Shown piece after piece: positions 56,708 to 64,000 of a DNA stretch of 64,000 bases. How positions within the stretch are numbered: the stretch's first letter is position 1; the number at the start of each line of letters is the position of its first letter. Origin of the DNA: an uncultured bacterium (GTDB taxonomy: Bacteria; Acidobacteriota; Thermoanaerobaculia; Multivoradales; JAHZIX01); contig CBDUPA010000014.1 in the NCBI GenBank assembly GCA_965368975.1, forward strand, positions 130,195 through 194,194, read 5' to 3'. The translations under genes were made by a program, and so were the position numbers. The notes under the pieces are model-generated. The model was not told where the DNA came from. It ran no database searches and worked only from the letters and a program-made list of their open reading frames with translations.

Positions 56708-57370
56708 ATGCAGACCACCAGCGTTTCTGGGACCTCGGCGACGAACAGAATGACCATTGCCATGTCCGCTCAGGGCGACCTCGATCTCGTGCAGCGTCAC
56801 CGCTATGGTGACGAGGCAGCGTTCGAGGAGGTGTACCACCGCTTCGATCAGATGATCTTCAACCTGGCCTACCGCATGGCCGGGGGTGACGCCGAGAAGG
56901 CCGCGGACTGGACGCAGGAGATCTTCCTGCGCATCTACCGCTACCTCGATCGCTTCAAAGGCAAGTCGAGCCTGAAGACCTGGGTCTATCGCATCGCCCT
57001 CAACCACTGCCGCAGCAAGCTCAGCCGGCGCCGCTGGTTCACCACGCCGCTGGCCGAGGAGGCGGGGTACGAAGAAGGGGTGGAGCTCGAGGAACCGGGT
57101 CGAGGGCCCGAAGAGACCGCCTTGAACCAGGACCGCGGTCGTATGTTGAACCGCGCCCTGGCGCAGCTTCCCGCCACCTTCCGCGAGGCGGTGGTACTGT
57201 GCGATATTCAGGGCTTGTCGTACCAGGAGATCGCCGAAGTGCTCGACATCCGCATGGGCACGGTGCGCTCGCGCATCGCCCGCGGCCGCGAGCGCTTGCG
57301 GACGATTCTCGAACCCATGCTCGCGCAAGCGGGTGAAACTGCGGGTACTACCGCGGGAGCTACCTCATGA
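56708..57370 (+). CDS. ECF sigma factor (SigE/SigW-like)
   Basis: GDEAAFEE, DWTQEIF, TWVYRIALN and GLSYQEIA...GTVRSRIARGR; start may be 56750 or 56762. Confidence 0.9.
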   Translation: MQTTSVSGTSATNRMTIAMSAQGDLDLVQRHRYGDEAAFEEVYHRFDQMIFNLAYRMAGGDAEKAADWTQEIFLRIYRYLDRFKGKSSLKTWVYRIALNHCRSKLSRRRWFTTPLAEEAGYEEGVELEEPGRGPEETALNQDRGRMLNRALAQLPATFREAVVLCDIQGLSYQEIAEVLDIRMGTVRSRIARGRERLRTILEPMLAQAGETAGTTAGATS

Positions 57371-58017
57371 GCCGTCATGCCACGGCGGAGGATCTCTCCG
57401 CATATCTCGACCAAGAACTCGAAGCGCCGCAGCTGCGCCTGGTCAAGGACCACCTGGAAACCTGCGAACCGTGCCGGCGCAAGCTGCAGGGGCTGCGCGG
57501 TGTCCAGCACCAGTTACACCGCCTGGAACAGCTCGCTCCACCGCCGCTGCTCGCCGGCGACATCCAGCGCCGCGTGCGTCTCGAGCCGCGCCACCGAGGC
57601 CTGTTCGACAACCTGGAGGACCGACTCCGGCGACTCCCCGAACAGGGCACCATGCTGGTGGTCTTCGCCTCGGTCTTCGCGCTCGCCGTCATCGGTTACC
57701 TGTTCACCGAGGGCATCCAGCGGCACGAAGGGCGCACTTCGGTGATCGTCCCTAGTGCCGGTACGGTGACCGAGGCCGACGCCGAGCACCCGACCGTCGA
57801 GGTCGAGGGACGGCGCTTCGAACAAGTCGACGGCGGCTGGCGTGAACTCGACCTGCCCGCCGACGCCGAGCGCCTCACGCTGCGCGTGGGCACGCCAGAC
57901 GGCGACGCGGTGCTGGCGCGTCATCCGAAGTTGCAGTCGCTGCTCGGCGGCTCGACCCAGGTCGTGTTGCGCGACACGGTCGACGGCCGTGAGCGGGTGG
58001 TCGTCCTCGTGCCCTGA
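57367..58017 (+). CDS. Zinc-binding (zf-HC2) transmembrane anti-sigma factor
   Basis: LSAYLD.EL, HLETCEPC (HxxxCxxC) and one TM helix; coupled to the sigma gene (ATGA). Confidence 0.88.
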   Translation: MSRHATAEDLSAYLDQELEAPQLRLVKDHLETCEPCRRKLQGLRGVQHQLHRLEQLAPPPLLAGDIQRRVRLEPRHRGLFDNLEDRLRRLPEQGTMLVVFASVFALAVIGYLFTEGIQRHEGRTSVIVPSAGTVTEADAEHPTVEVEGRRFEQVDGGWRELDLPADAERLTLRVGTPDGDAVLARHPKLQSLLGGSTQVVLRDTVDGRERVVVLVP

Positions 58018-58114
58018 GCGCGCTCTGTTTGCACGCCCAGCCCGCCTCGGCTATCCTTCCGGCGGTTTCGTCCCCTGACCGCTTCGATCGTTCACGTCCC
58101 TGCCGGAGGAGTGC

Positions 58115-59359
58115 ATGCACGAGCCGCTGATCACCAACGACGCCGTCGTCCTCGGTCTACTGACCGCCATTCTGGCCTTCGTCTTCTACACTTCGAGCCG
58201 GCCAGACGGCTTCTGGAAGCGCTTCTACGGCATCGTACCGTCCCTGCTGCTGTGCTACTTCCTGCCCTCGCTGTTCACCACCGCCGGCATCATCGACGGC
58301 GAAGCGTCGAACCTGTACTTCGTAGCGTCGCGCTACCTGCTGCCCACCAGCCTGGTGCTGCTGACGCTGTCGATCGACCTCAAGGGCGTGCTGCGGCTGG
58401 GACCCAAGGCAGTGATCCTGTTCCTCACCGGCACCTTCGGCATCATGATCGGCGGTCCGCTGGCCATCCTGATCGTCTCGGCCTTCGCCCCGGACCTGGT
58501 CGGCGGTGTCGGCCCGGACGCGGTGTGGCGCGGCTTGACCACCGTGGCCGGCAGCTGGATCGGCGGCGGCGCCAACCAGGCGGCGATGAAGGAAGTGTTC
58601 GAGGTCGGCGACGACCTCTTCTCCGCCATGATCGCGGTCGACGTCATCGTCGCCAACGTCTGGATGGCCGTGCTGCTGATCGCTGCCGGCAAATCCAAGC
58701 AAATCGACGCCTCGACCGGTGCCGACACCACCGCCATCGACAATCTGCGCGACCGCGTCGCAGCCTACCAGGCCGAGGTGTCGCGCATCCCCAAGCTGGC
58801 TGACACCATGGTGGTGCTGGCGGTCGGTTTCGGCGTCACCGCCATCGGCCATGTGGTGGCGGATTCGGTGGCCCCCTTCCTGGCCGAGAACTACCCTGGC
58901 CTGTCGCGCTTCAGCCTGACCAGCGGCTTCTTCTGGCTGGTCGTGGTGGCGACCACCGGCGGCCTGATCCTGTCCTTCACCAAAGCGCGCCATCTAGAAG
59001 GAGTCGGGGCATCGCGCCTGGGCTCGGTGTTTCTCTATGTACTGGTGGCGACGATCGGCATGAAGATGGACATCATGGCCGTGTTCGAGAACCCCGGCCT
59101 GTTCCTGGTCGGTGGCATCTGGATGCTGATCCACGCCAGCCTGATGATTCTGGTCGCCAAGCTGATCAAGGCACCGGTCTTCTTCATGGCGGTGGGCAGC
59201 CAGGCCAACGTCGGCGGCGCCGCCTCGGCACCGATCGTCGCCTCGGCCTTCCATCCGGCGCTGGCGCCAGTCGGCGTGCTGCTGGCGGTACTCGGTTATG
59301 CGCTCGGGACCTACTGCGCCTGGGCTTGCGGTTTGCTGATGCAGGGGGTGGCGCCGTAA
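58115..59359 (+). CDS. DUF819-family multi-pass membrane protein
   Basis: About 11 TM segments; GSWIGGGANQ and SQANVGGAASAP. Confidence 0.82.
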   Translation: MHEPLITNDAVVLGLLTAILAFVFYTSSRPDGFWKRFYGIVPSLLLCYFLPSLFTTAGIIDGEASNLYFVASRYLLPTSLVLLTLSIDLKGVLRLGPKAVILFLTGTFGIMIGGPLAILIVSAFAPDLVGGVGPDAVWRGLTTVAGSWIGGGANQAAMKEVFEVGDDLFSAMIAVDVIVANVWMAVLLIAAGKSKQIDASTGADTTAIDNLRDRVAAYQAEVSRIPKLADTMVVLAVGFGVTAIGHVVADSVAPFLAENYPGLSRFSLTSGFFWLVVVATTGGLILSFTKARHLEGVGASRLGSVFLYVLVATIGMKMDIMAVFENPGLFLVGGIWMLIHASLMILVAKLIKAPVFFMAVGSQANVGGAASAPIVASAFHPALAPVGVLLAVLGYALGTYCAWACGLLMQGVAP

Positions 59360-59473
59360 GCCGCCCCCAGATCGTCCCCTGATCGAGTCGTCCCTTGATG
59401 TCGAGTAGATGCTAGGATTCAGTATCTTTGTGTGCGGATCCTTGGATCTGCCTTGAATCTGGAGCGAGGAACT

Positions 59474-61900
59474 ATGCGCGATTTCCAGCATGCCCTGCGG
59501 AGCCTTCTACGCTCCCCTGGTTTCACCTTCGTGGTGGTACTCACCCTCGGCCTGAGCATCGGCGCCGGGGTGGCGATCTTCTCGGTGGTCAACGCGGTGA
59601 TTCTCCAGCCGCTGCCGTTCGACGAGCCGGACGAGCTGGTACGGATCCACAACCACCCGTTCGACAACCCGAACATCTCCTTCGAGGCCACCTACCCGAT
59701 GTTCCTGGGCTGGCGCGAAGAGGCACGCAAGCTGGAAGATCTGGCCGGCTTTGCCACTTCGTCGGGCGGCATGGTCGTGGACATCGAGGAAACGCGCCAG
59801 CGCGTCGAGGGCAAGTACGTGTCGTACAACCTCTTCGACCTGCTCGGCGCCCGGCCGGTGTACGGACGACCGCTCGAGGCCACCGACGACGTGCTCGGTG
59901 CGGCCCCCGTCGTGGTGATCAGTGAGCGCCTCTGGCGCCAGCGCTTCAGCGCCGACCCGAACGTCATCGGCGAGGTGATCAAGGTCGATGGCGTCAGCCG
60001 CAGCATCGTCAGCGTCATGCCCGATGACTTCGAATACCCGCTGGGTTCCAAGATCTGGGTGCCCATCGCTAGCGGCCTGCCAGCCGGCTACCTCGAGGGC
60101 GCAACGGCGCCGCGGCTGTTCAACGTCATCGGCCGTGTGGCCGATGGCTCCAACCCGCAGGAAGCGTTCCAGGAACTGCTGAGTATCGTCGACAACATCA
60201 CCAATCCAGCACTGCCCGAAGGCGCTCGCGCCACCGTCTCAATGGAACCACTGGCCGTCGAGTTGCTGGGCGACACCCGCGGTCCCCTGCTCTTCCTACT
60301 CGGTGCCGCCCTGCTGGTGCTGCTGATCGCCTGCGCCAACGTCGCCAACCTGCAGACGGTGCGTACCATTTCGCGCCAGCGCGAACTCGCCTTGCGCGTC
60401 GCGCTCGGAGCCCGCTGGAAGGAACTGGCACGCGGCTCGCTGGCCGAAAGCTTGATCCTGGCGCTGCTCGGCGGTGCCCTCGGCCTGGCGCTCGCCTGGT
60501 GGGGCATCAAGGAGTTGCTCCGGCGGCTGCCGACGCAGTTGTTCCGCGCCGAGCAGATTGGCCTCGACGGCACCGTGATGCTGTTCGCCCTCGGCCTCAG
60601 TCTCATCGCGGCCTTGATCTTCGGCCTGCTGCCCGCCTTCTACGGTGCCACACGCAAAGTCAGCGCGGTGCTGCAGGAGAACACCGGGCGCACGACCAGC
60701 TCCAGCAGCTGGCGCCTCGCGATGAGCTTCTTCGTGGTGGTGCAGGTCGCCCTGGCGGTCTCCCTGCTGATCGGCGCCGGTCTGCTGCTGCGCAGCTTCC
60801 TGACACTGCAGAATGTCGGCGTCGGCTACGACCGCGAGCTGCTCAGCTTTTCCGTGCCACTGCTCGACCCGCGCTACGACATCCCCACCACCTACCAGTT
60901 CTACGACGACTTGGTGGCGCGCTTGGAGCCGCTACCGGGCATCGAGAAGGCTGCCGGCGTGTTGATCCGGCCGCTCGACGGCACCGTCGGCTACGACTAC
61001 CCGATCACCGTCGAGGGACAGAATCCCGAAGAGCAAGCGCTGCTGCCCTTGTTCAACTTCCTGGCCATCACACCGGGCTATTTGGAGACCGCGGGCACAC
61101 GAGTGCTCGACGGCCGCGCCTTCACCGACGCCGACCGCGATGGCGCGGCACCGGTGGTGATCCTGACCCGCAGCGCCGCCGAGTTGCTGTTCCCCGACGG
61201 CAGCGCGGTCGGCAACCGCATCAAGTACGGACCGCCGCAGTCGCAGCAACCGTGGGTCGAAGTCGTCGGTATCGTCGAAGACGGCCGCTACCGTGGCATG
61301 GAAGAACCCACCGTCACCATCTTCGCCCCCTATCGCCAGAGCCCCTGGGGTCTCAACCACATGATCGTCCGGACCACCGGCGATCCCTCCGCGATCGTCG
61401 GCACCGTACGCGCGCAGATCCAGGAACTGGACCCCAGCCTGCAGCCCATGGACATCGCGGTACAGCGAGAACTGATCGGCAAGATGATCGCGCGCCCGCG
61501 CTTCAACACCTTGCTCCTCAGCGTCTTCGCTGCCCTGGCCCTGGTACTCGGAGCCGTCGGTCTGTACGGCGTAATGTCTTACATCGTGGCACTGCGCAAC
61601 AAGGAGGTGGCGATCCGCCTGGCCATGGGTGCCATGCCCAAAGGCGTGCTGGCGTTGGCGCTGAAGCAAGCGGTCGGCCTGGCCTTGGTCGGCGTCGGCG
61701 TCGGCTTGCTGATCGCTTACGTGCTGTCCGTCGTGCTGGCACCGCGCCTCTCGGACATGCTCTACAACGTACCGCTGGTCGACCTGACGACCTACCTGCT
61801 GGTACCACTGCTGCTCCTGACCGTCGCCGCGATCGCCGGCTTCGTACCCGCCCGACGAGCCAGCCATGTCGATCCCATGGTGGTCTTGCGCGAGGAGTGA
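59474..61900 (+). CDS. ADOP-type duplicated ABC permease (MacB/FtsX x2), no ATPase adjacent
   Basis: 'RSPGFT.VVVLTLGL.IGA..AIFSVVNAV.L.PLP', 'LLIACANVANL', 'GLYGVMSY' and 'PARRAS.VDP'; GAGG RBS before 59474. Confidence 0.9.
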   Translation: MRDFQHALRSLLRSPGFTFVVVLTLGLSIGAGVAIFSVVNAVILQPLPFDEPDELVRIHNHPFDNPNISFEATYPMFLGWREEARKLEDLAGFATSSGGMVVDIEETRQRVEGKYVSYNLFDLLGARPVYGRPLEATDDVLGAAPVVVISERLWRQRFSADPNVIGEVIKVDGVSRSIVSVMPDDFEYPLGSKIWVPIASGLPAGYLEGATAPRLFNVIGRVADGSNPQEAFQELLSIVDNITNPALPEGARATVSMEPLAVELLGDTRGPLLFLLGAALLVLLIACANVANLQTVRTISRQRELALRVALGARWKELARGSLAESLILALLGGALGLALAWWGIKELLRRLPTQLFRAEQIGLDGTVMLFALGLSLIAALIFGLLPAFYGATRKVSAVLQENTGRTTSSSSWRLAMSFFVVVQVALAVSLLIGAGLLLRSFLTLQNVGVGYDRELLSFSVPLLDPRYDIPTTYQFYDDLVARLEPLPGIEKAAGVLIRPLDGTVGYDYPITVEGQNPEEQALLPLFNFLAITPGYLETAGTRVLDGRAFTDADRDGAAPVVILTRSAAELLFPDGSAVGNRIKYGPPQSQQPWVEVVGIVEDGRYRGMEEPTVTIFAPYRQSPWGLNHMIVRTTGDPSAIVGTVRAQIQELDPSLQPMDIAVQRELIGKMIARPRFNTLLLSVFAALALVLGAVGLYGVMSYIVALRNKEVAIRLAMGAMPKGVLALALKQAVGLALVGVGVGLLIAYVLSVVLAPRLSDMLYNVPLVDLTTYLLVPLLLLTVAAIAGFVPARRASHVDPMVVLREE

Positions 61901-62154
61901 GGTCTCGGACTGCCGCGCCGAGCCAGTTTCAGCACAAACTTTCGGCACGGCGTGTCCGTAGGATAGGAAGAGCGTCCGCAGCAGGACCAGGGCAAGCTCA
62001 TCAGTCATTGATGATCCGTTACAATTGCGGATAGAATCTTTTTGCAAGTGCCCTGCTTTCCCCTCGATTCGAGATCAGCTGCGTTCCTGCCAAGACCCTT
62101 CCACCACCTCGACCGCGGCCCCCATCGCGGGGTCGACTCCAAAGGAGACTCCCC

Positions 62155-62661
62155 ATGGCACAGCTTCGCCCCATCCTCCTTACGATCCTCCTGAGCTTGC
62201 TCTGTCTGCTCCCCACCGCCGCGGTGTTCGCACAGCAGGGTCCCGGCGGCCTACCCACCTTCCGCACGCCGTCGCTGCAGGACATCAAAGCCCAGGACTT
62301 CAACGAAGACCTGATGGAAGTGCGCCGCCAGCCGACCGACAAGCTGCTCGCCAAAGCGATCGCTCACGCCTTGTTCTTCGGCGAGGGCGATACGATGAAG
62401 CTCACCGAGCTGGACGGTGAACCGCTGCAAGTGCGGGAAAAGAAGAACGGCGACGCCATCAACGAGATCGAGCGTGACGGCCGCTACAAGTTCTACACCA
62501 CCATCCGCGGCGAAACCCTGAAGTGCGAGCGCCAGGGCAACAAGAGCGACCTCAAGGAAGCCAACCGCGTCGTCGTCATGGTGCTCCTGGGCCGCCGCTC
62601 GGACTCTATGATCTGCGCCTTTCGGCCGCTGGAAGAAGACACCGCCGAAAGCGAGAACTGA
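62155..62661 (+). CDS. Secreted hypothetical protein
   Basis: AAGGAG RBS, signal peptide ending in VFA, strongly GC3-biased codons. Confidence 0.65.
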   Translation: MAQLRPILLTILLSLLCLLPTAAVFAQQGPGGLPTFRTPSLQDIKAQDFNEDLMEVRRQPTDKLLAKAIAHALFFGEGDTMKLTELDGEPLQVREKKNGDAINEIERDGRYKFYTTIRGETLKCERQGNKSDLKEANRVVVMVLLGRRSDSMICAFRPLEEDTAESEN

Positions 62662-62789
62662 GACGCCGTCGTCCCCATCACGCTGGCCGCGATCACGCAG
62701 TGTGTGCAAGCAGTGCAGGCCGCAGTGAGAGAAAGGGCCCCCTGGTGACAGTCCTGGGTTGAACATCAACCTACTCAAGGAGACCCACC

Positions 62790-63530
62790 ATGCCCCGTTC
62801 CCTGCTTCTCGTTCTCGTACTCTTCACCCTCTGCGGCGCCCTGCTCCTGACGGCTCCGGCAGCAGCCGGCACTTCCGAGTGCGTCTCGGACTGCCAGTGC
62901 CAGCCTGGCTTCCTGTGCTCTCCTCCGGATGGCACCTGCCAGCCAGCCGTCTGCCCCGACGTTTGGGATCCAGTCTGCGGTCTCGACGGCGTCACCTACA
63001 GCAACGACTGCGAAGCCAACGCGGCGCATGTAGTCGTCAAGCACAAGGGCGAATGCAAGCCTGACGTCTGCGGTGGCATCACTGGCCAGCCCTGCCCGGA
63101 TCCAGAGCACCAGGTCTGCGACCTGCCAGCCGGTCAGTGCTTTGGGGCCGACCTACAAGGCATCTGCAAGCCGCGCCCCGAGGACTGTACGGAGATCTTC
63201 GACCCGGTCTGCGGTTGCGACGGCAAGACCTACGGCAACGACTGCGAGCGTCTGCGCGCTGGCGTCCAGCTGGATCGCCCGGGTGCTTGCGGCGAGGACG
63301 TCTCGATCTGCTTCAGCAACGCCGACTGCCACGCTCGTGCCTTCTGCCGCAAGGCCCCTGGTGCCTGCGGCGACGAGATCGAAGGCTCCTGCGCACCGCG
63401 GCCGGATGTCTGCACAACCGACTTCGACCCGGTCTGCGGCTGCGACGGTGAGACTTACAGCAACACCTGTGTGGCGCACAGAGCCGGCGTCAACGTCAAG
63501 CACCGTGGAGAGTGCGGCTACAAGGAGTAG
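62790..63530 (+). CDS. Secreted Cys-rich protein with three Kazal-type domains
   Basis: Signal peptide; three copies of C..xxDPVCG.DG.TY.N.C...G.C; AAGGAG RBS. Confidence 0.88.
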   Translation: MPRSLLLVLVLFTLCGALLLTAPAAAGTSECVSDCQCQPGFLCSPPDGTCQPAVCPDVWDPVCGLDGVTYSNDCEANAAHVVVKHKGECKPDVCGGITGQPCPDPEHQVCDLPAGQCFGADLQGICKPRPEDCTEIFDPVCGCDGKTYGNDCERLRAGVQLDRPGACGEDVSICFSNADCHARAFCRKAPGACGDEIEGSCAPRPDVCTTDFDPVCGCDGETYSNTCVAHRAGVNVKHRGECGYKE

Positions 63531-63698
63531 TGCCTGCACTTGTTGCTCCGGAAGCCTGATCGCTCGGAGCCTCGACATTGCTCTGAAGGCCCGATAGCTC
63601 GTGCCTCGATACGCGCCAGACACACGACGGCTCCGGTACTCGCAAGAGTCCGGAGCCCTGTCGTAGCTCGGGAACGCCGGTCAAACGGCGCTCGTACG

Positions 63699-63878
63699 TT
63701 AGGCGCGCAAGTCGAACTGGTTCTCGTCGCAGCAGTCGCCCGGCGAGCAAGTGGTCAGCACAGTGCAGCCGCCAGCATCGGAGCACGCCGCCGCAGCGAC
63801 CTGCGCCAGTGCCTTGTCAGACACGGCGCGGCGGGTTTCACGGTTCAGGGTGAGGCGCTTACGATTTCGCTTCTTCAT
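63699..63878 (-). CDS. Putative RiPP precursor peptide (59 aa)
   Basis: GAGGAG RBS; basic leader 'MKKRNRKRLTLNRET...LAQVAAA'; core with 5 Cys and several Ser/Thr. Confidence 0.65.
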   Translation of the reverse strand: MKKRNRKRLTLNRETRRAVSDKALAQVAAAACSDAGGCTVLTTCSPGDCCDENQFDLRA

Positions 63879-64000
63879 GTTCTCTCCTCGTGAAGATGAT
63901 GGGGGGCGCGAAGAGTGTAGCAACTCACCTCCTGTTCGCGCATCGTTCGAACCGAGAGGGGCGCCTGGCCGCGGGCTCAGCCCAAGCGACCCGTGATGTA

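Noticed and set aside
63977-64000. Possible 3' end of a minus-strand gene (YITGRLG-stop)
   Set aside because: Only 8 codons are visible, too few to call.

Overview
A GC-rich bacterial chromosome segment, most likely Acidobacteriota. This is inferred from an ADOP-type duplicated permease, an acidobacterial-type VWA protein and secreted proteins ending in an 'IFxDGFESGD' tail. In order, the window holds: mscS, an SGNH-like hydrolase, a DUF6516/HTH toxin-antitoxin-type pair and pepQ; a 15.5-kb three-gene PUFA-synthase-like iterative PKS cluster in myxobacterial order (ER, then KS-MAT-2xACP-KR-DH, then KS-CLF-AT-4xFabA-DH); a crotonase/thiolase/amidohydrolase catabolic cluster split by a 14-repeat beta-propeller gene and its broken paralogue; a ParA/Roadblock/V4R/TPR signalling operon; a di-haem oxidoreductase; an ECF sigma factor divergent from a NACHT-pentapeptide-WD40 / prephenate dehydrogenase / TIR operon; the core rplU-rpmA-obgE-nadD-rsfS operon; dinB, a KamA-family radical SAM, an FHA-GAF-cyclase with an ECF/anti-sigma pair, transporters, a triple-Kazal protein and a Cys-rich RiPP-precursor-like peptide. 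The best candidate for a new system is the NLR-like operon at 38373-43222. Its NACHT sensor and its separately encoded TIR protein share a homologous N-terminal helical adaptor (EAD-like), and a TyrA-family dehydrogenase sits between them. No rRNA, tRNA, CRISPR array, transposase or integrase was recognised. All calls come from reading motifs by eye; no database searches were run.
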